Source of the DNA: Anthoceros angustus
Lineage: Eukaryota > Plantae > Anthocerotophyta
Direction of reading: 5' to 3'
DNA length: 64,000 bases
NCBI GenBank assembly: GCA_010909165.1
Contig: MU008187.1
Span: 748,247-812,246 of the forward strand
This document shows positions 22,341-33,934 of this stretch, one piece after another. A model generated the notes under the pieces. That model was not told where the DNA came from, did no database searches, and saw only the letters and a list, made by a program, of their open reading frames with translations. Each line of letters starts with the position of its first letter. Positions within the stretch are counted from its first letter, which is position 1. The position numbers and the translations under genes are program-made.

Positions 22341-23399
22341 ACATGCCTACGCACGCCACGCCTCGATTGGACTGAAACCCCGGGCGTGGTCCGGTGGACC
22401 AAGTCGCCCTGGACTAGCCCTGCCCGTCTCTCCTCTGACGTGGTCTGGCGAAGCCGGCTTTGCCGAACGAGGCTCCCTGCAATCCTCCTGCCTTGGACTA
22501 CGGTCTGGCCCAGGCAATGACTCCGAAGCCCCACCTGGTGCCGTCCATGCCTTGTCCCCTCCGCTCTTCCAACTCTCCGCTGAGCCGGGCCACCTCCCTC
22601 TATGCCCCTCGGCGTCCAAGATGGCTGCCTATGTTTTGACCACTTTTCTCATTAAGGTCCAGCCTTGGGAGCTTCGCCAGCCACTTTTCTCATTAAGGTC
22701 CAGCCTTGGGAGCTGTATAAGAGGGGAGGTTGCTGCCCACTCTAGTTTGACGATTCCTTGGGTCTGATTCCTTGCTTATGAATCGGGGCAAGGAGGCCTT
22801 TGAGCTTTCTCTTTTCTTTGGTGGGCTCGAAGGTCAAAGTTCTCTAGTCTGATGAAGTCTGGTCTAGTTAAGTTGGAGTTTTAAGGTTGGCAGGAGCGAG
22901 GTGGAGGGGGTGGTGCAGGCGAGGTCGTGGTTGCGGTGAGCAGCAGAGGAAGGTGGTGTTAGGAATGCGGAGCCAGGCGGTCGGGCTACCATGCAGTGAG
23001 GGTCAAGGCGGCATTGGAGTCAAGTCCCGTTGCGGCGGGGCATTTGAGACGGGCGAGCCCGGCTTCTAAAGAGGCGGTGTGGAGTTAGGGTGTGCAGGCT
23101 AGAGTCAGGTGCGGGCGAGGAGGGGCGGTACCTCGAGAGGGGCCGGTGGGCTGAACCCGGCCGGGTTGTGCGCGGTGTGCCGGGTGTGGCCGTGCGTGCG
23201 TTGCGGAGGCGGCGGTGGAGCTGGCAGTGCAAGCCCGGCCGGGTGAGGAGGTGGCAGTGTGGTGCGCGTGGGTTGTGACTATGCTGCGATCTGCGGTGGC
23301 CATTGGTGGCCAGGAGGTGTGGTGGCCCGTCTTCGCGGGCCGGTTTTTGTGTATTTGTTTGTTTTGTTTTGTTTTGTTTTTTTCCTGGCGTGATTCTCG

Positions 23400-26300
23400 C
23401 GGGCTGCGCAGTTTTGTGCACGCTTTGTGTTTTTCCGGGCGATGCGTCTTTTGCGGTGGGAATTTTTTTCCTGGATTTTGTTGGGTTTCTTTTTGGGTGC
23501 TGGGGGATTTCCGACCTCCAGCTTTTGGTAGTGAGTTACAGGTGCGGGCGTTGGTTTCGTGGGTTGGTGGTGGTTCTGGGGGTTGCAATCCCCTAGGCGA
23601 GGCTCTTTGGCCGGTCTTTTGGGGCTCGCCATTTGGAGCTCAAACTACGTATGTCCGGTAAAGGTTGGGGTCGTTTTGTCCCCAATCCTTGGCACCTCAT
23701 CGGCCCTAACACCCTCTAGTTGGCGTTACCCTACCCAATAGGGCGGCCTACACCTTCTGTGATTGTCAAGGACACTCCTTGTCCTGTCTGTGCTCAACTT
23801 TGCTGCAGTGTCAAGGGGGTGAAGACCCACATCGGGCACATGCAGGTTTTGAAGAGACTACTTGGGCTGCCCAAGTGCACCTGCGACCTCCTCCGGTTGT
23901 GCATGCTCCGCGTCAGTACATCCTCCTAGGGTGCCTCTTTGTTCCGGGGAATGGTTGCGGTGTCGTTTGGATCACATCCATATTTGAAACTTTGGGATAT
24001 TTGAAACTTTTGTTTGTGAGTCTCAATACCACCTGGGGCCAAAATTAAACGTACAGGCGTTAAGGATGAAGGCCCAAGATATCCTAATAAGTGGCCTTCC
24101 ACAACAAATGGTGAGACACATAAGTGAAGCGGGATCATCTAAACAATTGTGGGACCATCTCGCCCAATTGTACTCCTCCATAGATGTTATGAGTTTGATC
24201 GCTACTACTTTCCATAACCTCAAAATGAAGGAATCGGACTCCATCGAACATCTTGTCAATTTATTATGATTGGCTCGATCACAATTAGAAGTTGCATCCA
24301 ACAGCAAACTACATGAGTTAGCTTCTTTTGTTGGTCTATTATCATCCTTACCACCCTCCTACAGATTTTTTGTAACAACTCAAAATGTTGTTTTGAGGAG
24401 TGCTCACAAAAACGCGGGGAAGTATGACTTAAAAGAAAATTTGAACATTACTGTTACTGAGTTAATTGGAGCACTTATTCAGGAGGAGTCAAGCCGACGA
24501 TAAGATCATCGTCCCGATGCGATGTTCTAGAGCAAAGTGGGAAGAGGCCAAGTGGTCACAGGCCATGGCAGGATTCACTCAGCTCTACCCCACAACATAG
24601 TCTTGCTTGAGAGACCCCACCTTCTTTCACACACAGGTAACAAGAAAGGTGGTATTTGTTCTTAGTCGAATACCCGAACCACATGGAAAAAGGTGAAAAA
24701 GAAGAGTGGCGAGCCTAGAAAAGAGGCCCCACCTGGAGCACATGTTGTTGTTAAGAGACATTCTTTGGCAACACCATCAACTCTCACTTTATATATGGTG
24801 TGGAGCAACTTTTGCTAGCGGACTAGCCGGGTGCACACTAACTCAATGTCGATGCAGTACGGGAGTTTGTTCTACAGGGAATGGACTCGTGCTTATTCTG
24901 CCCAAGCTCTACAACCTATCGCTCGAACGGGCTTCATCATGCTGGGTCCGGCAGACTCCGCAAACCCTAGGAGTGTGCCGCCCCGCAACTCAATGGACCC
25001 ACCCACACAAACCTTTCCACGGGCGCTCGTCCAAACACCATTTAAGATCCGGCGGACCACAATAGGTTTAACGACGGCGATCTCCTCCTAAGCGCCTCGG
25101 CCTAGCTGCATCCTCCACTTCACACACACTCCACACAACACTCACGCTCCAGCAACTTGATGCGTCCCTTCCCTCTACTCCCACGGCGGTATTTGCGACA
25201 CCTAACCGTATTCATCGGACGCCCTTGCTCCTTGTTGCCGCGTCAGCGGTGGTTGCTTCTCGACCTACAACCCCAGCCTCAGCTCCGCCTCCGGGATAGC
25301 CCTGGGATGATTCACCTCACGATCCTTTCAGCGCTTCATGTTCCGCGGTGGCGGTCTCTCGCACAACCCGCGGCCTCGTTCTCCGGCAGCCACCAAGGAT
25401 GGCCTCGTCTTGGGAAACCGCTCGGGCCTTGCCTGGATGATCGGTCCTGTCCACCTCAGCGTCATCACCGTAGCTCGACACAACCCCTGCCACCAATTAA
25501 TCACGCAAGGTGGCAGGCACTCACTCCTCGAGCCAGGAGGGCAAGAACACACGAAGCATGAAGTTGGAGCACGGGATAGTCTGGGGGTCTTGGGCGCCAG
25601 GCCTCCCTATATACCTCCTACACCCTAATCTAACCCGCCTATGTATGTACCATAACCACAGGTCGTTATAGCGCGGGGCGTAGCTCATCATTAATTGGGA
25701 CTTCTTCCATTGGTCGCTCTCCAAGCAGCGGATATGTTTTCCTTACGTCTGGACTCGCTGCCCAGCCGCACTTGCGGCCGGACTTACTCGTCGAGGCGTG
25801 CGCCCGTCGGACTTACTCCCAGCCGCCCGGCGGACTTGTTATCTCGTGCGGACGATCGAACTTCGCCGAGACTTCACGGACCCGGGGTTTGATTGCACTC
25901 TAGATGCAACTCAGCCCAATTTAGCTAACTTCTCCCTATGCCTATTATAAGTAACAACCCGAAAAAAACAAAACAAGCCTAAACAAGCACCAGGGACATC
26001 ATATTTGGCACTCTACAGCACTCTCTACGACCCCACTTCTTTCATCTGCCGTGCTATTTAGGAATGGTGTTCGAACACCTTAGGGACCTTTCTCCCAAAG
26101 ATCCATCTAATGGCTTCCTGTGGCTCTTTCTCTAACCACTGCGGTGGCTCGGGAGAGATGCCTCCGCCGGATTTCCCATGTTCTTGCGCATGAGCGCTAT
26201 GGGCCCAAGCCCTTTACTTCAGCCCACTCGTGAGTTGGGAAGCCTTCACGCAGCTTCTCAGCCTATTGGCCCTTGCCAATCCCTTCTCCAGCCGCCTCAA
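23400..26300 (+). mobile_element. Decayed CRE-like non-LTR retrotransposon 5' part, interrupted by other insertions
   Basis: 23550-23900 resembles the reverse complement of about 48570-48910, including the C2H2-like CPVCAQLCCSVKGVKTHIGHM. 26030-26300 resembles the reverse complement of about 46620-46900 (GGAATGGTGTTCGAACACCTTAGGGACC). Boundaries approximate. Confidence 0.55.
24066..24503 (+). mobile_element. Ty1/Copia gag (UBN2-like) remnant
   Basis: SSKQLWDHLAQLY...FHNLKMKESDSIEHL...LLSSLPPSYRFFVTT...LIGALIQEE, broken by one stop codon. Confidence 0.7.
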
Positions 26301-26728
26301 CCCCTTGTCACCGAGATGTTTGAAATTATACAGTTGTGAGAACGTTTCTCCGAGCTTGGCTGCCTCTTGAACCCCTCGGAGGCTTGTGAAACTAGAGAAT
26401 TTAAGGCCCATCCTTTCTTACTCGATTACAGATTCGGTTATGAGCGAGCATGGATCAACTATCTAGCTCGATTATTTCAAAGATAGAGTTGAAGAAGGTG
26501 TCTTGCCTCTCTATCATGATTGACCCGGTAGGCGATTGAATCCATAGAGTGGAAGAAGTTTAAAGCATAAGTATGTGAGTGCCTGGGAGTGCCAACACCT
26601 ATGCAACGATAAAGCACTTGGCAGACATATCTCCATCGAAGGCCAGATACCAATGGATGGAAGCCCATGTGCATTGTGGTCTCATTATACGGGAGATGAG
26701 GGGCTGCATTACAACACTATATCGATAA

Positions 26729-26962
26729 ATGAAGGAAGATGCGCTTTGTGGGCATGCTGAGAAGCTAGCTTTAGCGTTTGGTCTGTTGAACACTCCGAGT
26801 GGGACACCTCTGGTGGTAACGAAGAATCTACGCATGTGCAGTGACTGCCATAGTTCCACGGAGATCATGTCACGGCTTGAACATAGAGACATTGTTGTAA
26901 GGGATGGGTATCGTGTTCATCGATTCGCAGCTGGTTTTTGTAGTTGTAAGGGTCGACAGTGA
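26729..26962 (+). pseudogene. Solo C-terminal DYW:KP fragment (ends CSCKGRQ)
   Basis: 77-aa [19 protein letters not shown]...CSDCH...CSCKGRQ with no PPR array or KP box upstream. Confidence 0.8.
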
Positions 26963-27653
26963 GAATAGTGAGGAACTAGCCAAGTGTATGTCAGAGAACA
27001 TTGCTTCTGAGGTGAAGCAGGAAGGAGGCCACGTACCTCAGACAAAGTTGGTGTTGAAGCCAAAAGAAATGCAAGGAAGTTACCATAAGTTTTCGGTATT
27101 CCACCGGTGAGACTGGCCAAAATATGCTAATTAATGTCATTGAGAAGGTGCTGACAGGTCTCATCAATCTTAATGGTATGGCGAAGGAGATCACTCTGCG
27201 GAAGAAACTACATGTGATACAAGTGGCTACAGCGAAGCATCTAGGCTGTGATTCATTTGAGATGGTGAGGCAGGAGTACCCGATGCACTCAACGAATGAA
27301 GTGGTTGCCAGATTTCAGACCGCTTTCGAAGGAAAGGTGAGCTTGGTTGTTCAGCTTGTGTCATTGTGTGGACTACGGACTTCCCTTGGGGGTTAGAAAA
27401 TAGGTAGGGTTTTGTTTTTTTTGTAGAAGTGAAGAAGGATAAAATGAGGAGGCGAAATAAGCATGGATAGCACTCGGGACGGCACTCGGGTATACTCCGG
27501 ACTCACGGAGTGAGGCGTGCAGACCTACTATGGTAGGCGTAGCAGGATAAGTCAGGACCCACTCGGGAGGCGGGGATAATCGCCAGGAAAGTAACTCGGG
27601 AGTTGGTAGTGGGAGCGGACGGGCGCCACGTGGGCTACAGTGGAGAGCGGGCA

Positions 27654-28047
27654 TGCAGTGGCGACCATTGAGGTGAAGAAGCAGGTACATACATTTCTGG
27701 TGGGAGAAAGAAGAGATGATATTGCGCTTAAGGTAGAGCACGAATGCACGTCTGAAGCAGGAAGGAGGCCACGTACCTCACACAAAGTTGGTGTTGAAGC
27801 CACTGTCTGAGAAGGAAAAGGAAGATGCGCTTTGTGGGCATGCTGAGAAGCTAGCTCTGGCGTTTGGTCTCTTGAACACTCCGAGTGGGACACCTCTGGT
27901 GGTAACGAAGAATCTACGCATGTGCAGTGACTGCCACAGTTCCACGGAGATCATGTCAAGGCTTGAACAGAGAGACATTGTTGTAAGGATGGGTACCGTG
28001 TGCATCGATTCGCAGCTGGTTTTTGTAGTTGTAAGGGTCGACCGTGA
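27654..28047 (+). pseudogene. DYW:KP (GRP) C-terminal fragment at the start of a ~1.6-kb segmental duplication
   Basis: Matches 18659-19055; similarity continues through the 3' flank to about 29239. Confidence 0.8.
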
Positions 28048-28994
28048 GAATAGTGAGGAACTAGCCAAGTGTATGTCAGAGAACATTGCTTCTGAGGTGA
28101 ACGTGGTTGTAACTCCATCCCTGTCCAAACCGAGACATGGAGATGGTTGGCTAGCTCGCATGCCTTTGGGGGGGCCCATTCCAGCTCCGAAGGCTGGAAG
28201 GAGTGGCGTGCATTCCTTCCGGCGGTGAGGTTGCGACGCTGTGAACATCCAGTCTCGGTGTTTTGCACATGGCGCTGCAGCTGCAGGGCGACAGCAGCGG
28301 TGTTGGATGTGTCTCGCATATCACCCGGAAGGAGAGCTTTACTTCTGTATATGTGTAAGGAAGGGTCTGTTGCCAGCTGTTGTCGATTGGCTCGTTCTGA
28401 TGTTGTCCTCCACAGAGTATGCGATAGGGACGACGGGACGCAAAGGAACGACTTGAACGGGAGAAGCAACTCCGTTTACCTTATCCAGGAGGGTCAGGAG
28501 GATGACATGGAGATGGCTGGAAGTGCAGCGTTGGACCGTCTTCGTGAGTTGCAGCCCTGTACATTGCCAATATTGCTGGAGCGTATGCAGGTATGAGGCT
28601 TGCGAATCACAGCGGAAGGCTCGCAGCCCTTCCCTCTCTATGTTTACTTCCATCTCACGAAAAGCCTGGAGGAGTTGCAGGATCGTTCTGTCTCCTGGCA
28701 GTTGCAGCGTAGGGTAGCAGGAATGCATCACCACCAACACCCTAATCATCAAGCGAGAATCCCGTGCAGGCACAGCAATTATTCCTCGAAAATTCTGATC
28801 TCATCGATTCTTCATCGAGGATGACCCAAACATTTGCTCCAACAGTGAGTTCATCCTAGGTTCAATCAAGAATGGCTTGGGGAGGATGGTTTGTGACTTA
28901 ACTTAACCTGGATTGCCGGCCGCTGAACTCCACGGCTCGCAGAACCCGGCCCCACAATGGCGGGTGCCCTATCCGTGTTTCGAGTTAAACAGGA

Positions 28995-30707
28995 TCAAAG
29001 GCCAGCCATTTGGCCGTTATAGCAGTATTCACGCCGCAATTTGCCGTGGCGTAAACCAGTGATGCGGCGTAAGGCGGAAGCGGAGGCGTAAGGTCGAGAA
29101 TAAGCCATGCGGTTGATGCCCCTCACTTTGTTGCAGATTTCTGAAGAGACCTGCGCCAAAAATTTGGATTCAAAATGGAACCAATTGGCGGTCATGCCGT
29201 CCTCGCTGGTGATCGCCCTCAGCGCCACGGCGTTGGAGTGCGTCCTGCGGTCGCCTTGCACGCCCACCGTCTTCACAGGCAGAAACACAGCGAATGCCTG
29301 CCATATTTGGTCATACAGCCCGGCCTTCTTTATGCTGTTGATGAAAATCTCATCAGCCTCGCGAAGGGTCTCCAGCGCCTCTCCAGCAGTCACGTCTCCC
29401 AAGATGCGCACCGCCAGGCCCGGCCCCGGGAACGGATGGCGTTTGAGGAAGTTCTCCGGAACATCCAGCAGCGCTCCCAGCTTTCTCACCTCATCCTTGA
29501 ACAGCAACTTCAAGGGCTCCACCAGCTTCAGCGCCATATCCTTGGGCAGACCCCCCACATTGTGATGACTCTTGATGGTATGGGAGTGCATCTTCCCGCT
29601 GCCCGGCGGCGGGCACGACTCTATCACATCCGGGTACAGAGTCCCCTGCACCAGATACTTGGGCTTCCTCCCAAGCTTCAATTCCAAAGCGGACGAGAAT
29701 TCGTCGAACACCGCAATGAACTCGGCGCCGATGATCTTCCGCTTCCTCTCCGGATCCGTCACTCCCGCCAGCTTGCTCAAAAACTGGTGGCTTGCGTCCA
29801 CGCAGGTCACCGGGAGATGGAGGTCGGCCTGGAACGTCCCCATCACCCGCTCCTGCTCCTTGTACCTCAGCAGCCCGTTGTCCACAAACACACAGTGCAG
29901 CCGATCTCCCAGCGCCCGGTGCGTGAGCGTGGCCGCCACGGTTGAATCCACACCCCCCGACAACGCGCAGATGGCGTGATCCTCCGGCCCTACGGTTTCC
30001 CTAATCAGCGCTATCTGCTCCTGCAACACATCCTCCAGCTTCCAGTCCGCCTCCACTCCACAGACCTCCAGCAGGAGGTACCGCAGCGTCTCCAATCCCT
30101 GCCGAGTATGGCTCACCTCGGGGTGGTACTGCAGCCCGAAGATGTCCCGCTCCGCATGCTCGATCGCCGCAACCCCGCCCTGCAAGCTCTTGGCCACAAC
30201 CCTAAAACCCGCCGGCAGCTTCACAGCCTCGTCCCCGTGGCTCATCCACACCTCCTGCCCTTCCCCCCGCTCCACCCTCCCGTAGAGCCTCGACCCCTGC
30301 TCCGGCACGATCGTCATCGGCCCGTACTCCTGGCTCTTTCCCTGCCGCACCTCCCCTCCCAGCTCCCTCACGATCAGTTGCAACCCGTAGCAAATCCCGA
30401 GCACCGCCACCCCCGCCTCCGCCGTGTACTCAAAAAACCCCTCCGGCACCGTCGGCGCCCCATCCTCGTGCACCGAATGAGGCCCCCCCGACAGCACGAT
30501 CACCCCCGGCGCGTACGACTTGATCACCTCCAGCGAATTGCCCGCCGCGATGCAGAAGGAGCAGATCGCCAGCTCCCGAATCCGCCTGGTGATGAGATGA
30601 GTATACTGCGACCCGAAGTCGATCACCAGCACCGTGTTCCCCCCGTGCTTCCGCGCTTCTTCCTGCGGGTTGGCGGCCGGCGGCGTCTCCGGCCCGTTCG
30701 CCGCCAT
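28995..30707 (-). CDS. guaA: GMP synthase (glutamine-hydrolysing), intronless; last ~37 aa aberrant in this sequence
   Basis: DFGSQY, GICYG, SHGD and QYHPEV (class I GATase); SGGVDS PP-loop; QGTLYPDVIES, IKSHHNVGGLP, RHPFPGPGLAVR. Confidence 0.96.
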   Translation of the reverse strand: MAANGPETPPAANPQEEARKHGGNTVLVIDFGSQYTHLITRRIRELAICSFCIAAGNSLEVIKSYAPGVIVLSGGPHSVHEDGAPTVPEGFFEYTAEAGVAVLGICYGLQLIVRELGGEVRQGKSQEYGPMTIVPEQGSRLYGRVERGEGQEVWMSHGDEAVKLPAGFRVVAKSLQGGVAAIEHAERDIFGLQYHPEVSHTRQGLETLRYLLLEVCGVEADWKLEDVLQEQIALIRETVGPEDHAICALSGGVDSTVAATLTHRALGDRLHCVFVDNGLLRYKEQERVMGTFQADLHLPVTCVDASHQFLSKLAGVTDPERKRKIIGAEFIAVFDEFSSALELKLGRKPKYLVQGTLYPDVIESCPPPGSGKMHSHTIKSHHNVGGLPKDMALKLVEPLKLLFKDEVRKLGALLDVPENFLKRHPFPGPGLAVRILGDVTAGEALETLREADEIFINSIKKAGLYDQIWQAFAVFLPVKTVGVQGDRRTHSNAVALRAITSEDGMTANWFHFESKFLAQVSSEICNKVRGINRMAYSRPYASASALRRITGLRHGKLRREYCYNGQMAGL

Positions 30708-30774
30708 AGCTGAGCTTTGGGCGAGCTCGAACTCGGGCTTCCTGCCCCACCTTTTATACGACTCAAGTCGACTT

Positions 30775-30825
30775 ATGGCCCGACGGGTTTGGAAAACGAA
30801 GACACCGGGGGGCCCTCAACCCTAA
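30775..30825. promoter_or_regulatory. Possible telo-box plus site II-like motifs in the bidirectional GMP synthase / AP-1 gamma promoter
   Basis: AACCCTAA at 30818-30825 with nearby GGCCC words in a ~590-bp head-to-head intergenic region. Short motifs that could occur by chance. Confidence 0.3.
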
Positions 30826-31300
30826 TCGTGGTCGAGATGTCGGGGGTTAGTCTAACCCTCGAGGCAGGTTATGGAGATTGCCTTTGAAGCAGGCAGCAAA
30901 GTCGGCAGCGTGGTGCTTGCCTTGGCTGCCTGGGCAGTGGAGTGCAGTGCAGTGCAGTGCAGAGGGCAGGAGCGGAGCGGAGCTGCTGCCACCAGAGGGT
31001 TGCTGCTCTGAGCGAGCGGAGCGTGGGGCGCTGACGCGGATCCGGCAGAAGCGAGCTCGGCGCGGGCAGGGACGCCATCGGACCATGCCGATGTGGAGGG
31101 ATGGAATCTGAGGAATCGCGGGATCGCGTGGGCGTGATCTCGGCGCTGCGGGCTCGCTGCTGCGGGCTTTGGGATCTGGGGGCCTCCTGGCGCATTGGAG
31201 TGCTGTGCCGGGGGGGTGATCCGTGTGGTGGAGTGGTCGGGTGAGGGGATCGGGAGGGAGTTGGAGGGAGGGAGGTAGCGGGAGCTCTGCGGCGGGCGCC

Positions 31301-33934
31301 ATGGGGAGCAGGTTGCGGGACATGATCCGCTCCGTTCGGGCATGTAAGACTGCGGCGCAGGAGCGGGCAGTGATCGCCAAGGAATGTGCGGTGCTCAGGA
31401 ATGCGTTCAAGGAGAACGATCAAGACTACAGGCATCGGAATGTTGCCAAGCTCATGTTCATCCACATGCTAGGTTATCCCACGCACTTCGGCCAAATGGA
31501 GTGTTTGAAGCTGATTGCCACGTCCGGGTTTCCGGAGAAGCGGATAGGATACCTGGGGCTCATGCTTCTTCTTGATGAGAGGCAGGAGGTGCTGATGCTG
31601 GTCACCAATTCGTTGAAGAATGATCTGAGCCACGCCAACCAGTTCATCGTGGGGCTTGCGTTGTGTGCGCTGGGGAATATTTGTACAGCTGAAATGGCCC
31701 GTGACCTTGCGCCCGAGGTAGAGAGGCTGTTGCACAGCAGCAACTCTTACATCCGGAAGAAGGCGGCGCTGTGCTCGGTGCGGGTAATCAAGAAGGTGCC
31801 TGACCTGGTGGAGTACCTCACGCCAGGGGCTTCGGGGCTTCTGTCGGACAAGCATCATGGAGTGCTGCTGGCGGGTGTGAAGCTTGCCACCGAGCTTTGC
31901 CTGTCCAGTCCCACGGCTCTGGAGCACTTCAGGAAGCAGACCGCGTCGGTTATTCGGGTTCTCAAGAACTATTTGGTCAGTGGTTACGCGCCGGAGTACG
32001 ATGTGGGTGGGATTACGGATCCGTTTTTACAGGTTAGGATTCTGAGATTGCTTCGCCTTCTCGGAGAAGGTGATCCGGACTGCAGCGATATCATGAGTGA
32101 CATCTTGGCCCAGGTTGCCACAAATACGGAGTCCAATAAAAACGCAGGAAATGCTGTTCTATACGAGTGTGTGCAGACGATCATGGCTATAGAAGCCATC
32201 GGAGGGTTGCGTGTGCTTGCCATCAACATATTGGGGAAGTTTCTGTCCAACCGGGACAATAATATCCGGTATGTGGCCCTCAATACGCTGGTCAATGTAG
32301 TGTCCGTGGATACCCAGGCTGTCCAGCGGCATCGTGCCACGATAGTGGAATGTGTCAAGGACTCGGATGTTTCGATTCGAAGAAGAGCGTTGGATCTGGT
32401 CTATGCTCTTGTGAATGAGAACAACATCATCACTCTCTCCAAGGAGCTCTTGGAGTATCTGAAGGTGAGCGACACCGAGTTCAAGGGTGATCTCACCGCC
32501 AAAATATGCTCCCTTGTCCAGAAGTATGCTCCTGATAAGGTGTGGTACATTGACCACATGATAAAACTCATGGTGGAGGCAGGTGCTTTTGTGAAGGATG
32601 AAGTGGTTAGAGCTCTGGTGGTACTCATCACCAATGCACCTGATCTTCACGGATATTCGGTCAGATCTTTATATCGAGCCTTCCAAAGCTGGAAAGGACA
32701 GGAAAGTCTGGCGCAAGTGACTCTCTGGTGCATCGGGGAGTATGGGGAAATGCTTGTCAATCATCACGGTGAACTACCAGGAGAAGACCCGATAACAGTG
32801 ACGGAATCTGATGCTGTGGATGTTCTGGAGTTAGTCTTGAAGGATTCTCGAGTCAGTTCTGCTACGTATGCTTATGCATTGACTGCACTACTCAAGCTTG
32901 CCTCCAGACTTCCATCTTGTGCAGGGCGCATTAAAGGGTTGATTGGACAGTACAAGGGAAGTTTGATTCTAGAGTTACAGCAGCGGTCCATAGAGTTTGG
33001 GGCAATTCTGAGCAAGCATGAGAAGATCAAGGGTGCCCTTCTCGAGAGGATGCCTGTGCTAGATGAAGCAGCGTATTCTATCAAACAGGGCGACTCAGGT
33101 GACTATGGTAGCCCAGATGGCAGACCAACCTTACTAGGAGAAGTGACTACGAATGGACCTAGTAAGGCAGTTCCTGTGGTTCCTCTTTTGGATCTAGTTG
33201 ACTTGAGTGGTGAGGATGAAACACCGCAGCCACAAGTGCGATCAGCTGCAGACACTTTGTTGTTGGATCTTCTGGGGGCTGGGCCGGCAAGCACTCTGAA
33301 TGCCATGTCTTCTCCAGTGCATGCTTCAGTGGGTGGTGCAGACTTGCTTCTAGACATCCTGTCTCTGGACACGCCAGCTGTTGTGACTGCCACTTCTGCA
33401 AATCATCACTCCAACAACAACTCGTCTTTGCTTCAGAACGTGGGCACAGTGCCTGCGAAGACAAGTTCCATCGAGGATGTATTTGGTAGTAGTCAGCACA
33501 GCTCAGCAGCTGGCATGGCTGATCTTTTGGGTGATGATATCTTTGGGCCCCCAGTTTCAGCTGTTGCCCCTTCTTTTCCTTCAATTGTAGCTTTCAAGAG
33601 CCCTGCCTTGAAAGTTACTTTTGATTTCACGAAAGAGTCTTCAAGCCCGCAAAGTACAACTGTCCGGGCGACCTACACAAATTTTAGTTCGACCTCTTAC
33701 AGTGACTTCATATTTCAGGTTGCTGTTCCGAAGTTTATGCAGTTGCAACTTGAGCCTGCCAGTGGAAGTGTACTCCCAGCCTCTGGTGAGGGGAGTCTAG
33801 TGCAGGTGATCAAAGTGACGAATTCTTTGCATGGCCAAAAACCTTTGGTTATGAAGCTGAGAATAAGTTACAAGCGCAATGGCCAAGAGGTTGTGGAACA
33901 GGGGCAGGTCAGCAATTTTCCTGCTGGGTTGTAG
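31301..33934 (+). CDS. AP1G: AP-1 complex subunit gamma (gamma-adaptin), intronless
   Basis: RLRDMIRSVRACKTAA, MLGYPTHFGQMECLKLI, EKRIGYLG, DPFLQVRILRLL, ELQQRS, LLDL/DLL hinge motifs and a C-terminal ear domain (AVPKFMQLQL). First ATG at 31301. Confidence 0.95.
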   Translation: MGSRLRDMIRSVRACKTAAQERAVIAKECAVLRNAFKENDQDYRHRNVAKLMFIHMLGYPTHFGQMECLKLIATSGFPEKRIGYLGLMLLLDERQEVLMLVTNSLKNDLSHANQFIVGLALCALGNICTAEMARDLAPEVERLLHSSNSYIRKKAALCSVRVIKKVPDLVEYLTPGASGLLSDKHHGVLLAGVKLATELCLSSPTALEHFRKQTASVIRVLKNYLVSGYAPEYDVGGITDPFLQVRILRLLRLLGEGDPDCSDIMSDILAQVATNTESNKNAGNAVLYECVQTIMAIEAIGGLRVLAINILGKFLSNRDNNIRYVALNTLVNVVSVDTQAVQRHRATIVECVKDSDVSIRRRALDLVYALVNENNIITLSKELLEYLKVSDTEFKGDLTAKICSLVQKYAPDKVWYIDHMIKLMVEAGAFVKDEVVRALVVLITNAPDLHGYSVRSLYRAFQSWKGQESLAQVTLWCIGEYGEMLVNHHGELPGEDPITVTESDAVDVLELVLKDSRVSSATYAYALTALLKLASRLPSCAGRIKGLIGQYKGSLILELQQRSIEFGAILSKHEKIKGALLERMPVLDEAAYSIKQGDSGDYGSPDGRPTLLGEVTTNGPSKAVPVVPLLDLVDLSGEDETPQPQVRSAADTLLLDLLGAGPASTLNAMSSPVHASVGGADLLLDILSLDTPAVVTATSANHHSNNNSSLLQNVGTVPAKTSSIEDVFGSSQHSSAAGMADLLGDDIFGPPVSAVAPSFPSIVAFKSPALKVTFDFTKESSSPQSTTVRATYTNFSSTSYSDFIFQVAVPKFMQLQLEPASGSVLPASGEGSLVQVIKVTNSLHGQKPLVMKLRISYKRNGQEVVEQGQVSNFPAGL

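Noticed and set aside
26729-28047. Solo DYW:KP fragments as trans-acting deaminase donors
   Set aside because: They lack a transit peptide and part or all of the KP box and gating region, so duplication debris is more likely.
28995-30707. GMP synthase as a bacterial HGT or contaminant because it is intronless and GC-rich
   Set aside because: It has plant-like features (IESCPPPGSG...HSHTIKSHHN) and sits among clearly eukaryotic genes. A phylogeny would be needed to claim transfer.
31223-31300. Upstream GTG start for AP-1 gamma (likewise GTG starts at 36881 and 38337)
   Set aside because: These are eukaryotic genes, so the first in-frame ATG was used; for AP-1 gamma and the metacaspase it matches the family N-terminus.
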